A stretch of DNA of 64,000 bases, taken from assembly GCF_019264485.1 (NCBI RefSeq), contig NZ_JAHVAA010000003.1, forward strand, positions 2,355-66,354, written 5' to 3'. Source of the stretch: Sediminibacterium sp. (lineage in GTDB: Bacteria > Bacteroidota > Bacteroidia > Chitinophagales > Chitinophagaceae). Numbering within the stretch: the first letter of the stretch is position 1; the number at the start of each line of letters is the position of its first letter. Of the stretch, positions 35,748 through 45,373 are shown in pieces. The notes below the pieces were generated by a model, which was given only the letters and a program-made list of their open reading frames with translations, had not been told where the DNA came from and made no database searches. Made by a program: the position numbers and the translations under genes.

Positions 35748-37169
35748 ATGGAATTAAGTCTGCTCACTCTTTGTTACCTGATTGGTTCGTTGACATTTAT
35801 CATCGGACTAAAAATGCTGTCACACCCCGACTCTGCCAGGAAAGGTAATCTGGTGGCTGCTGTGGGTATGGCGGTTGCTATTTTCGGCACCATTTTTTTG
35901 TATGAAGAAGAAGGGAAGAAACTGGGTAATTACGAATGGATTTTTGGCGGACTTATTTTAGGTACCATCGTTGGTGTATTAGCAGCAAGAAAAGTAAAGA
36001 TGACTGCTATGCCCGAAATGGTGAGCCTGTTCAATGGAATGGGAGGAGCCTGCGCAGCGTTGATTTCTTTTATTGAATTTGATCATATTAAAGATGCTTT
36101 TGCCAAAGGGATAACTATTGAAATTCATGCCGGAACTTTAATAACCATATTTCTTGGGTTAATTATTGGCTCAGTTTCTTTTGCAGGAAGTGTGATTGCA
36201 TGGGGTAAACTGAATGGCAAAATCAAAGACTTTGCTTTTCCGGGTCAGCAAATATTTAACCTTGTTTTATTAGCGGCAACATTGGTAACAGCAGGTTATC
36301 TGGTGTTTAACCTCAATGCAGAAAATTACTGGCTCTTCTATGGTATTGCCATTGCTTCATTGATTTATGGTGTGTTATTTGTATTACCCATTGGTGGCGC
36401 CGATATGCCCGTGGTTATTTCATTACTCAACTCCTTTACCGGTGTAGCTGCTGCCTGTGGTGGTTTCCTTTACGATAACCAGGTAATGTTAACAGGAGGT
36501 ATACTTGTAGGTGCAGCAGGTACATTGCTCACCATACTCATGTGTAAAGCAATGAACAGAAGTCTTACCAATGTATTGATTGGGTCTTTTGGTGGTAATA
36601 AATTTAGTGGTGCCAGTGCTTCACAAGGCCCGCAGGGTAATTACAAAGAAATATCTATTTCCGACGCTGCTGTATGTATGTGTTATGCCAATAAAGTAAT
36701 TATTGTTCCGGGTTATGGACTGGCAGTGGCACAGGCACAACATACCTGTCATGAACTGGAGAAATTACTGGAAGAAAAAGGAGTTGCTGTTACTTATGCT
36801 ATTCACCCGGTAGCAGGTCGTATGCCGGGTCATATGAATGTGTTATTGGCGGAAGCAGATGTGAGCTACGATAAACTGCAGGAAATGGAACAGGCCAACG
36901 ATGAATTTAAAACTACTGATGTGGTACTCATACTGGGCGCCAATGATGTGGTAAATCCTGCAGCTAAAACCGATCCATCATCGCCCATTTATGGCATGCC
37001 CATTCTCGAAGTGGAACAGGCTAAAACAGTAATCGTAAATAAGCGTAGTATGAAACCCGGTTATGCGGGTATTGAAAATGAACTCTTCTTCCAGCCAAAA
37101 ACATCCATGTTATTTGGCGATGCAAAAGCGGCGTTACAAAAATTAGTTACGGAGATCAAAGCGTTATAA
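35748..37169 (+). CDS. pntB: NAD(P) transhydrogenase subunit beta
   Basis: A multi-TM N-half and an NADP(H)-binding C-half ('VPGYGLAVAQAQ', 'IHPVAGRMPGHMNVLLAEA', 'GANDVVNPAA'). Confidence 0.9.
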   Translation: MELSLLTLCYLIGSLTFIIGLKMLSHPDSARKGNLVAAVGMAVAIFGTIFLYEEEGKKLGNYEWIFGGLILGTIVGVLAARKVKMTAMPEMVSLFNGMGGACAALISFIEFDHIKDAFAKGITIEIHAGTLITIFLGLIIGSVSFAGSVIAWGKLNGKIKDFAFPGQQIFNLVLLAATLVTAGYLVFNLNAENYWLFYGIAIASLIYGVLFVLPIGGADMPVVISLLNSFTGVAAACGGFLYDNQVMLTGGILVGAAGTLLTILMCKAMNRSLTNVLIGSFGGNKFSGASASQGPQGNYKEISISDAAVCMCYANKVIIVPGYGLAVAQAQHTCHELEKLLEEKGVAVTYAIHPVAGRMPGHMNVLLAEADVSYDKLQEMEQANDEFKTTDVVLILGANDVVNPAAKTDPSSPIYGMPILEVEQAKTVIVNKRSMKPGYAGIENELFFQPKTSMLFGDAKAALQKLVTEIKAL

Positions 37170-37239
37170 TTCTTCATTTCATTTATTCTAGTCATAGCTC
37201 CGGGTTTAAAGCCGGAACTATGTGTTTCTGAGAATAGCA

Positions 37240-37247
37240 TATTTTTG
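37240..37247 (+). promoter_or_regulatory. candidate -7 box (TATTTTTG) 4 nt upstream of the methyltransferase ATG
   Basis: Matches TAnnTTTG, with ATG at 37252. Confidence 0.35.
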
Positions 37248-37251
37248 CGAT

Positions 37252-38607
37252 ATGCCAGTTCCGCACGATCTTATTCAATCTCTTCAGGATGTTCCGGGCT
37301 TTAATGAATCTTCATTCAAACAGGTACATGAATCTGGTGAACAGGTTACAGCCATTCGCTTTCATCCTCTAAAACAACAATGGACAAGCCTTGAGCGGTC
37401 AGGTGAAAAAATTCCCTGGTGCCTGCTGGGTTTATATCTTCCTGAAAGACCTTCTTTTACTTCTGATCCTTCTTTTCATGCAGGTGCTTATTATGTGCAG
37501 GATGCAAGCAGTATGTTTCTCTGGCAAATGCTGCAGCAATTAGTACCGGATGCTGAAGGTAAAAAAGTATTGGATCTCTGTGCCGCACCCGGAGGTAAGT
37601 CTACTTTACTCGCTTCTTATTTTCCGGAAGGCTTACTGGTAAGCAATGAAGTCATTAAATCACGTGCAGCCATCTTGGTGGAGAATATGACCAAGTGGGG
37701 GAATGATAATGTGGTGGTTACCAATAATGATCCTGCTCAGTTTCAGTCGCTGGGAAATTATTTTGATGTGATTGTAGTGGATGCTCCCTGTAGTGGAAGT
37801 GGTTTATTCAGAAAAGATCCTGATGCCATAAACGAATGGAGCCTTGATCATGTTCAGCTATGCAGCCAACGACAGCAGCGGATTTTATCTGATATTCTGC
37901 CTGTACTCAAAGAAGAAGGTATTTTAATCTATGCCACCTGCTCCTATTCAAAAGAAGAAGATGAAATGATTGCAGACTGGTTAGTAGATGAAATGGAAAT
38001 GGAATCTTTGCCTGTTCAGACAGATGATGCATGGGGTATTGTTCATTCCTTATCAGCAAAACAACAGGCAGCAGGTTACCGTTTTTACCCCGACCGTTTA
38101 AAAGGGGAAGGCTTTTTTATAGCTGCTTTTAAAAAGAAACAAACAGAGGCAAAACTGTCTTATGGAAAAAATGTAAGCATCACAAAACCTGGTAAACAAG
38201 AATTGGAGCAGGTATTGTCATTTTCCCCCCTGACAGATGAATATCATGTCTTTAAACAGGCTGATCAGTTCAGGGTAGTTCAACGAAAATGGCTGGATGA
38301 TATCAATATACTTGCCGGCTCGCTATATATCCGCAAAGCAGGTGTTGAAATCGGCACCATCAAAGGAAAAGATATTGTACCATCCCACGAACTGGCGATG
38401 AGTTTATTGCCCAAAGAATCTTTTAGTCAGACTGAGGTTGATCGTGAACAGGCGCTTCAGTACCTGCGCCGTCAGGATATTTCTTTGCAGGCACCTAAAG
38501 GATGGAATTTAATCACTTATCAAAACCTTTCCCTTGGCTGGATAAAAGCCCTTCCGAACCGTATCAACAACTATTACCCGCAGGAATGGAGAATACGAAA
38601 TAAATAA
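37252..38607 (+). CDS. RsmB/RsmF/NOP-family rRNA cytosine-C5 methyltransferase
   Basis: 'DLCAAPGGKST', 'DAPCSGSGLFRKDP' and 'YATCSYSKEEDE'. Confidence 0.85.
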   Translation: MPVPHDLIQSLQDVPGFNESSFKQVHESGEQVTAIRFHPLKQQWTSLERSGEKIPWCLLGLYLPERPSFTSDPSFHAGAYYVQDASSMFLWQMLQQLVPDAEGKKVLDLCAAPGGKSTLLASYFPEGLLVSNEVIKSRAAILVENMTKWGNDNVVVTNNDPAQFQSLGNYFDVIVVDAPCSGSGLFRKDPDAINEWSLDHVQLCSQRQQRILSDILPVLKEEGILIYATCSYSKEEDEMIADWLVDEMEMESLPVQTDDAWGIVHSLSAKQQAAGYRFYPDRLKGEGFFIAAFKKKQTEAKLSYGKNVSITKPGKQELEQVLSFSPLTDEYHVFKQADQFRVVQRKWLDDINILAGSLYIRKAGVEIGTIKGKDIVPSHELAMSLLPKESFSQTEVDREQALQYLRRQDISLQAPKGWNLITYQNLSLGWIKALPNRINNYYPQEWRIRNK

Positions 38608-38686
38608 GAAATAAGGAATAAGAAACAAGGAGTAAGAAAGTAGTGTGCTACTTTATTTTCTCATTTCATGTTTCTTATTTCTTATT
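38603..38686. repeat. imperfect hairpin of AATAAGR heptamers
   Basis: aataaga aataagg aataaga aacaagg agtaaga aagtag, then loop tgtg, then ctactttattttctcatttcatgtttcttatttcttatt. It overlaps the methyltransferase stop. Confidence 0.75.
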
Positions 38687-38702
38687 ACTCTGTTTAACTC
38701 CT

Positions 38703-38710
38703 TAAATTTG
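38703..38710 (+). promoter_or_regulatory. candidate -7 box (TAAATTTG) for the LysM protein gene
   Basis: Matches TAnnTTTG, 23 nt upstream of ATG 38734. Confidence 0.4.
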
Positions 38711-38733
38711 CCATTCTCATCCCCCCGAGGCCT

Positions 38734-39687
38734 ATGAAAAAATATTGCTTATTTATACTTGTATGTTTATTTGGGCTCACGGCTTTTGCTCAACAGAAAC
38801 TGTTGATCAAGGGTAAGGCCACAGCTATGTATATTGAGCATAAGGTTGGTGAGAAAGAATCACTTTCATCAGTGGGCAGGTTATACGATCTTACCGCTTC
38901 GCAACTGGCCCGCTTTAATGGTAAAAGCCCTTCCTCTCTTTTATCTAAAGGAAGTGTCATCAAAGTGCCATTGAAATTACAGGATATTCAGGCAACAGGG
39001 AACGGAAGAGCGGTGTATCATGTGGTGGGTAAAGGTGATAACCTGTTTAAAATTGCTCAGACCTATAATAAAGTTCCCCTCACTCAAATACGGAAATGGA
39101 ATAAACTGGGTAATAATGCTGTTAAAAACGGACAGCAAATTATAGTTGGTTATCTTAAAATAAATACAGAAGAAACAATTGCTGCTAAAACAGCACCAGC
39201 AGAAAATATAGTTGCTGAGAAAAATACAGATATTGTAACCATTGCTGAGAAACCGGTAACCATTGTGAATGAGCCCACAAAAAAAACCGAGGTTAAAACA
39301 GAAGCTGTTTTGCCTGTAACAGAAGTAAAAAAAGAAATTGTGCCGGCGGCAGGACAACAAGGCCCTGATGAAGGTTTTTTCGCATCTCTTTATGTAAAAA
39401 ATGATCTTACGCTGGTTCAGAAATCTTTTTCGGGCAGTGCTTCTACTTTTAAAACAATCAGCGGTTGGACAGACAGGAAATATTACGTACTAATCAATGA
39501 TATAACACCAGGTACCATTGTGCGTATTACGGCAGTTAATAATAAAAGTATTTGTGCAAGGGTACTGGGTCCTTTGCCGGAAACCAAGGGAGCGGAGGGT
39601 TTATTATTACGTATGAGCAATTCTGCCGCATCTGTTTTAGACATGAAGGACCAGCAGTTTATAATAACACTTACTTATTTTGAATAA
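38734..39687 (+). CDS. secreted protein with two LysM peptidoglycan-binding domains
   Basis: Signal peptide. LysM 'HKVGEKESLSSVGRLYDLTASQLARFNG' and 'HVVGKGDNLFKIAQTYNKVPLTQIRKWN'. Confidence 0.8.
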   Translation: MKKYCLFILVCLFGLTAFAQQKLLIKGKATAMYIEHKVGEKESLSSVGRLYDLTASQLARFNGKSPSSLLSKGSVIKVPLKLQDIQATGNGRAVYHVVGKGDNLFKIAQTYNKVPLTQIRKWNKLGNNAVKNGQQIIVGYLKINTEETIAAKTAPAENIVAEKNTDIVTIAEKPVTIVNEPTKKTEVKTEAVLPVTEVKKEIVPAAGQQGPDEGFFASLYVKNDLTLVQKSFSGSASTFKTISGWTDRKYYVLINDITPGTIVRITAVNNKSICARVLGPLPETKGAEGLLLRMSNSAASVLDMKDQQFIITLTYFE

Positions 39688-39694
39688 GACATTT

Positions 39695-40393
39695 ATGAAA
39701 CCGTTGATTCAATATGTATTTGTGGTGGTAATCGCTTTTTCATCCTGTGATAGTATTGCACAACAGAAATTGTCTATTACAGTGACCGAATTCGAATCAA
39801 AATGGCAAACAGGATCCTATCAGTTATTAGATGTAAGAACTACGGGTGAATACAAAGCTGGTCATCTTAAAAATTCCTTGCAAGCTGATTGGCTGAATAA
39901 ACAACAGTTTGAGGAGAGGACGAGGCATTTGGATAGATCGAAACCATTGCTGGTGTATTGCGCCTCAGGTGTAAGAAGTGAACAGGCTGCAAAATGGTTG
40001 CTTAAACAAGGCTTTGCTGAAGTATTCAATTTGAAAGGAGGTACATCAGCATGGCAAATAGAAGGCAGACAACTGGAGGCTGATGTGGTGACTCAGCAGA
40101 TGACAATAAGTATATTTCAACAGAAAATTCAGACAGAAGGGATAGTGTTGGTTGATATTGGTGCCGAATGGTGTCCACCCTGTAAAAAAATGGAACCTGT
40201 TCTTACGCAACTACAAAAAGAAATGGGTAATAAATATCAGTTGGTAAAAGTAGATGGCGGCACTGATATAGAAGTGATGAAAAGTATCAAAGCCAGCGTA
40301 CTACCTACTTTCATTGTTTATAAAGAGGGTAAAGAAATTTGGCGTAAGGAAGGAATTGTTGACCTCACAACGCTGAAATCGAAACTACAGTAA
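39695..40393 (+). CDS. exported rhodanese-thioredoxin fusion protein
   Basis: Lipoprotein-like signal 'VIAFSSC', rhodanese active-site loop 'VYCASGVRS', and thioredoxin 'WCPPC'. Confidence 0.8.
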   Translation: MKPLIQYVFVVVIAFSSCDSIAQQKLSITVTEFESKWQTGSYQLLDVRTTGEYKAGHLKNSLQADWLNKQQFEERTRHLDRSKPLLVYCASGVRSEQAAKWLLKQGFAEVFNLKGGTSAWQIEGRQLEADVVTQQMTISIFQQKIQTEGIVLVDIGAEWCPPCKKMEPVLTQLQKEMGNKYQLVKVDGGTDIEVMKSIKASVLPTFIVYKEGKEIWRKEGIVDLTTLKSKLQ

Positions 40394-40403
40394 CCCTGTA
40401 TAA

Positions 40404-41324
40404 TTATTGCTGGCGGTAACCTCGCAGAAAATCTTCAACAGCCATTCTTTTCTTTCCTTCCAGTTGCATATTCAGTACATAAATGTATCCATCAGTACAG
40501 GTGAAGCGCAGATAGGTTTTACCATCTGTGTGCATGGTGCCCGGTTGGTCTTTTACAATGTTGTATTCCTTTTTACTGCTGTATATTTTCAATACTTTAC
40601 CTTCTAATGTGGTTAACGCACCTGGATATGGCGATAATCCACGGATCAGGTTGTGAACCTGATCTGCTGTATTAGCCCAGTTTATTTTACAGGTTTCCGT
40701 GAAAATTTTTGGGGCATGCCTGATATCTGACTCGGTAAAAAGTTCGTCCTGTATTTTTTCTTTGAGAATGCCCTGTTGTAAACCTTCTACAGTTTGTACA
40801 AGAAGTCTGGCTCCGATTAATTTCATGCGGTCATGTACTTCTCCGGCTGTTTCATCGGGTCCAATTGTAAAACGATCCTGTAATAATATATTACCGGTAT
40901 CAATTTCATGTTTCAGTTTAAAAGTAGTTACGCCTGTTTCTTTCTCTCCATTTATTACGGCCCAGTTAATGGGAGCAGCTCCACGGTATTGTGGTAACAA
41001 TGAACCATGCAGGTTAATAGTACCCATTGGCGGCATGTTCCAGACAATCTCCGGTAACATACGAAATGCCACTACAATCTGCAGGTCTGCTTTTAACTCC
41101 TTTAATTGTGCAATAAATCCGGGGTCCTTTAATTTTTCGGGTTGCAGAACCGGAAGATTTTTTTCTGAGGCATATTTTTTTACAGCACTCTGCTGTAATT
41201 GCATACCCCTGCCTGCCGGTTTATCAGGTGCCGTAACAACTGCTGCAATAGTAAAGCCGGCATTCACCAAAGCATCTAATGACGCTACAGCAAACTCGGG
41301 AGTGCCCATGAAGATGATACGCAT
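40404..41324 (-). CDS. fmt: methionyl-tRNA formyltransferase
   Basis: 'MRIIFMGTPEFA', 'INLHGSLLPQYRGAAPINWA'. Confidence 0.95.
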   Translation of the reverse strand: MRIIFMGTPEFAVASLDALVNAGFTIAAVVTAPDKPAGRGMQLQQSAVKKYASEKNLPVLQPEKLKDPGFIAQLKELKADLQIVVAFRMLPEIVWNMPPMGTINLHGSLLPQYRGAAPINWAVINGEKETGVTTFKLKHEIDTGNILLQDRFTIGPDETAGEVHDRMKLIGARLLVQTVEGLQQGILKEKIQDELFTESDIRHAPKIFTETCKINWANTADQVHNLIRGLSPYPGALTTLEGKVLKIYSSKKEYNIVKDQPGTMHTDGKTYLRFTCTDGYIYVLNMQLEGKKRMAVEDFLRGYRQQ

Positions 41325-41325
41325 A

Positions 41326-41403
41326 GTGGTGAGTGGTGAGTAGTGAGTGGTGAGTGGTGAGTAGGTTAAAAAATTGACTCACTGCTCACTATTCACTACT
41401 CAC
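41326..41403. repeat. heptamer-hairpin element (TRGTGAR family), copy 2
   Basis: gtggtgag tggtgag tagtgag tggtgag tggtgag tag, a loop, then ctcactgctcactattcactactcac. Confidence 0.85.
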
Positions 41404-41411
41404 TTTCTTTG

Positions 41412-42716
41412 TTATTCAAAATCTAAATACAACAAATACTGTTTCCTGATTTTTTTAAAAGCTGCTATACCAGGTGCCCAGCTGTCGCGGATTTCTTTTT
41501 CTGTCTTCCCGGCTTTGATCTGGTTCATCAACTGATCGCTTCCGGCCAGTTTATTGAAAAAATAGTCGGTTGGTTTTTCGCTTTTTGGTTTGATAAAGAA
41601 ATTGTCCTTATCAGGAAAGAGTTTATAAGCTTCCAACAGGTATTTTAACTGAATCTTATTATCAACTTTTTTCAACACTTCATCTTTTGTGCCAAAAAGA
41701 TTCCAACCATAACTCTGTCTGTCTTTTAGTTTGGGTTCTTTTGCACCATCTCTGCTGGTTGGTGTAAATGCATACATATTTTTTGGCAGGTAAGGGTGGC
41801 CAAAAATTGAGAACGGATGATCGGTTCCTCTTCCTTCGCTTAAAACAGTGCCTTCAAAGAAACAGGTACTGGCATACCAGTAAATAGATGACATATCCGG
41901 CAGGTTGGGAGATGGTTTTGCCGGTAATTCATATTGACTTTTATGCGTATAATTCTGGTTTTTGATAACCTGAAAATGAAAGAGGGTATCGGGTGGAGAG
42001 TTTTTGGCGCGTCTGTAATATTCATAACGTTCATTGGCTTTTGGCGACAGCCATTTTTCACCAGCCAGCATCAGGGCATATTCACCCATCGTCATGCCAT
42101 ATACGATAGGAATGGGTTGCATGCCTACAAAACTTTTATAGGCAGTGTCGAGTATGGGGCCATCTACATAAAAGCCATTGGGGTTGGGGCGGTCGAGGAT
42201 CATGAGTGGCTTGCCATGTTCAAATGCCGCATCCATAAATTCCTGTAATGATGAGATATAGGTATAAAAACGGGTACCCACATCCTGAATATCAAACAAC
42301 AAGACGTCTACATCTGCCAGGTCTTCTGCACTTGGTTTTCTTTTCTTTCCATACAATGAAACAACGGGAATACCAGTATAAGGATCGACATAATTATCAA
42401 TTTTCTCACCTGCGTCTGCAGTACCCCTGAAACCATGTTCAGGACCGAAAGCCTTGGTAATCTTTACACCGAGTGTATACAAAGTATCTACCAGATGGCG
42501 GTCGCCAATAGTAGCAGTATGATTGGCAAAAATACCTACTCGTTTTCCTTTCAGCAATGGAAGATAAACCTGTGTTCTATGAGCTGCCGGAATGATTTTC
42601 AGCTCTTTCTCATCCTTTGGTGAGGCCGAATTAGCTTTCAGACCTTTTGCATCCTTAGGTTGGGCATTGACACTCAGTATAATAGCAAGTGAACATATAA
42701 GGGTAAATAACTTCAT
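41412..42716 (-). CDS. DUF1343 family protein (exo-beta-N-acetylmuramidase NamZ-like)
   Basis: Signal peptide. 'RVGIFANHTA', 'FGPEHGFRG' and 'LLFDIQDVGTRFYTYISS...ILDRPNPNG'. Confidence 0.7.
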   Translation of the reverse strand: MKLFTLICSLAIILSVNAQPKDAKGLKANSASPKDEKELKIIPAAHRTQVYLPLLKGKRVGIFANHTATIGDRHLVDTLYTLGVKITKAFGPEHGFRGTADAGEKIDNYVDPYTGIPVVSLYGKKRKPSAEDLADVDVLLFDIQDVGTRFYTYISSLQEFMDAAFEHGKPLMILDRPNPNGFYVDGPILDTAYKSFVGMQPIPIVYGMTMGEYALMLAGEKWLSPKANERYEYYRRAKNSPPDTLFHFQVIKNQNYTHKSQYELPAKPSPNLPDMSSIYWYASTCFFEGTVLSEGRGTDHPFSIFGHPYLPKNMYAFTPTSRDGAKEPKLKDRQSYGWNLFGTKDEVLKKVDNKIQLKYLLEAYKLFPDKDNFFIKPKSEKPTDYFFNKLAGSDQLMNQIKAGKTEKEIRDSWAPGIAAFKKIRKQYLLYLDFE

Positions 42717-42891
42717 ATAAGGGTCTTTAAAATGCGAAAGTTAACAAAAAATACTTGGCTGCACTTCCTTTGCAGGTTGTACTTTTGCGCTTCGGTTCGT
42801 TTTAATAACAACTTAACTTTTTCTTCCTGTTTTTCCGGATGTCAATGCTAAGCTACTACGTTCCGTATTCTTTATCACATAACAAAAAAGT

Positions 42892-43347
42892 ATGCAACAA
42901 GTAAAAAAAGGTGATACTGTAAAAGTGCATTATCACGGCAAATTAACCAATGGAACTACATTTGATTCATCTGAAGGAAGAGAGCCATTGGAGTTTGAAG
43001 TGGGTGGCGGAATGGTGATCCCAGGATTTGATGACGGTGTTACCGGTATGGCCATTGGCGAAAAGAAAACAATTCATATCCCTGCCGATCAGGCTTATGG
43101 ACCTAAACAGGAAGAAATGATTATGGAATTTCCCCGTGACCGTTTCCCTGCAGATATGGTTCCGGAAGTGGGAATGCAATTAAATATGAGTAATGGTTCA
43201 GGACAAAATTTTCCTGTAACCATTGCTGAAGTACGTGAAGCTGTGGTAGTACTCGATGCCAATCACCCACTGGCAGGAGAAGAACTGATCTTCGATCTGG
43301 AACTGGTTTCCATCGATGGCGGAACTCCGTTGATCATTATGCCTTAA
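42892..43347 (+). CDS. FKBP-type peptidyl-prolyl isomerase (SlyD-like)
   Basis: '[21 protein letters not shown]...[19 protein letters not shown]', with an IF-domain insert. Confidence 0.85.
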   Translation: MQQVKKGDTVKVHYHGKLTNGTTFDSSEGREPLEFEVGGGMVIPGFDDGVTGMAIGEKKTIHIPADQAYGPKQEEMIMEFPRDRFPADMVPEVGMQLNMSNGSGQNFPVTIAEVREAVVVLDANHPLAGEELIFDLELVSIDGGTPLIIMP

Positions 43348-43369
43348 TACAGATAAACAACGAATAAAA

Positions 43370-43403
43370 AGGTCGCAGTAACAATTACTGTGACCTTTCT
43401 TTT
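43370..43403 (+). terminator. rho-independent terminator after the FKBP gene
   Basis: aggtcgcagtaa / ttactgtgacct stem followed by tttctttt. Confidence 0.7.
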
Positions 43404-43447
43404 ATAGTGAAATGGGATGAATGAGCAGTGAATATCGTTGTATGATA

Positions 43448-43993
43448 TTATTTTCTTCTTAACCACCATCCCAGCCATATACCTGCAAGACCCCATGATG
43501 CAATAGCGTCAATTAAATAAGCCATAAGGTCTCGGGTCTGGAACCAGATATGATTGGTATAAGGGCCATTTAAGAAACCAATTATTCCAATCACAATACT
43601 GGCTGAAAGAATTGTCATAAAAGGAGGTGAGCCCATCTGTTTAAAGAGCCAGCAAACCAGTAAGAGTATAACAATATTTATGGCGAACCCTCTTGCCATA
43701 TTCATACCCATATTCATATCCATCGATTTATGATAATGAATTTGGGCCCAGGGCTTACCATCCATGGTTTCATACAGTTTTTCCTGTTCTTCTTTTGATG
43801 CACCATCAGGAGTAGTAGGCAGGAAATAACTGCCATCTTCAGAAAATTGTGTGCTCAGGTATTGAAGGATACTATCCTGCTTTGGCGTGTATGCTTCAGC
43901 AGACCTGTGCAATTGTACCATAGTCCATGAAAGAAATTGCCAGAGAAAGAGAATGATGGCTCCTACAAGTGAGCCAATCAGTGTTTTTTTCAT
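43448..43993 (-). CDS. hypothetical integral membrane protein
   Basis: Four hydrophobic segments and no recognisable motif. ATG at 43993. Confidence 0.5.
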   Translation of the reverse strand: MKKTLIGSLVGAIILFLWQFLSWTMVQLHRSAEAYTPKQDSILQYLSTQFSEDGSYFLPTTPDGASKEEQEKLYETMDGKPWAQIHYHKSMDMNMGMNMARGFAINIVILLLVCWLFKQMGSPPFMTILSASIVIGIIGFLNGPYTNHIWFQTRDLMAYLIDAIASWGLAGIWLGWWLRRK

Positions 43994-44084
43994 AAGGTTG
44001 TTTTTGGTTGTATACAAAATAGAAAAGAGAATCGGTAAATGCAAGTATTACGTTATACAGTAACTGATTTCTGTATTTTGCAGC

Positions 44085-45323
44085 ATGTTTCATGAATATA
44101 AATTTACCGTAGCAGAACGTTTTATGCGTTATGTACAGATCGATACACAAAGCGATCCGCATAGTATAAGTTTCCCAAGCACTGAAAAACAGAAAACCCT
44201 TTCTGTATTACTTGCTGCGGAATTGAAAGCAATAGGTATTATGGATGTGGAAACAGATGAATATGGATATGTATATGCGACTATACCTGCTACCAGTAAT
44301 GAACCGCTGCCGGTGATCTGCTTTTGCAGTCATATTGATACCGCCCCCGATTGTAGTGGCACGGATGTAAAACCTATACTGCATAAAAACTATCATGGTC
44401 AGGATATCGTTTTACCCGATGATCATAACCAGGTAATCAGCGTTGATGCCTACCCTTATTTGCAAGAACAGATGGGTAAAGATATTATTACAGCCAGTGG
44501 ACTTACTTTACTGGGAGCTGATGATAAAAGTGGAGTAGCCATTATTATGGATATGGCTCATTATCTGATGCAACATCCTGAATTGGCACATGGCACCATC
44601 AAAATATTATTTACACCCGATGAAGAGGTAGGCAGGGGAACAGATAAACTTGATATGCAAAAACTCGGAGCCGATTTTGGGTATACATTGGATGGAGGGG
44701 AGTTGGGTACTTATGAAGATGAAACATTCAGTGCAGATGGTGTAACCATCAGCTTTTATGGAATCAGTGCGCACCCCGGTTATGCAAAAGGAAAAATGGT
44801 GAATGCATTAAAACTGGTATCGGCTTTACTTGCAGCTTTGCCAACAACAGCGTGGTGCCCGGAAGCAACCGAGAAAAGAGAAGGTTTTGTTCATCCCGTT
44901 CATATGGAAGGAATTGCAGAAAAAGCAAGTGTTGAATTTATTATCCGCGATTTTATTACAGACCAACTCACCGTTTATGAAGACCAGTTGCGCAATTTAT
45001 GTGAACAGCTCATTCAGCAATACCCGGGGGTTACTTATACGTTTGAAGTAAAGGAACAATACAGAAATATGAAACTGGTATTGGATCAGCATCCACAGGT
45101 AAATGAGCGTGCGGCAAAAGCATATAAAGCTGCCGGACTTATTTTGCGTAAAGAACCCATTCGCGGAGGTACAGACGGTAGCCGGTTGAGTTTTATGGGG
45201 TTACCCTGTGCCAATATTTTCACAGGTATGCAGGCCATTCACAGCAAACATGAATGGGTGAGTGTATATGATATGCAGAAAGCTGTGGAAGTGCTCGTAA
45301 AATTGGCTTGTAATATGGATTGA
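44085..45323 (+). CDS. pepT: peptidase T (tripeptide aminopeptidase)
   Basis: 'ERFMRYVQIDTQSD', 'SHIDTAPD', 'GADDKSGVA' and 'FTPDEEVG', a PepT/M20B pattern. Confidence 0.9.
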   Translation: MFHEYKFTVAERFMRYVQIDTQSDPHSISFPSTEKQKTLSVLLAAELKAIGIMDVETDEYGYVYATIPATSNEPLPVICFCSHIDTAPDCSGTDVKPILHKNYHGQDIVLPDDHNQVISVDAYPYLQEQMGKDIITASGLTLLGADDKSGVAIIMDMAHYLMQHPELAHGTIKILFTPDEEVGRGTDKLDMQKLGADFGYTLDGGELGTYEDETFSADGVTISFYGISAHPGYAKGKMVNALKLVSALLAALPTTAWCPEATEKREGFVHPVHMEGIAEKASVEFIIRDFITDQLTVYEDQLRNLCEQLIQQYPGVTYTFEVKEQYRNMKLVLDQHPQVNERAAKAYKAAGLILRKEPIRGGTDGSRLSFMGLPCANIFTGMQAIHSKHEWVSVYDMQKAVEVLVKLACNMD

Positions 45324-45373
45324 ATCGCTTAACTTAAATGGCTTTTCCGTTTGCTCACAAGAAAAAAAATGCC

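Noticed and set aside
40699-41343. 214-aa plus-strand ORF antisense to fmt. Similar long antisense ORFs lie at 56183..56815 (versus the metZ-like gene), 24474..24896 (versus the thioesterase) and 13157..13561 (versus the giant protein).
   Set aside because: In each case the opposite strand encodes a protein with unambiguous family motifs. The antisense translations are Cys/Ser-rich with no motifs.
42769-42787. Possible promoter (TTTG ... TACTTTTG) upstream of the FKBP gene.
   Set aside because: The -7-like box TACTTTTG matches TAnnTTTG, but the nearest TTTG is only 7 nt upstream (wrong spacing). The box is also 105 nt from the ATG, which is too weak to report as a feature.
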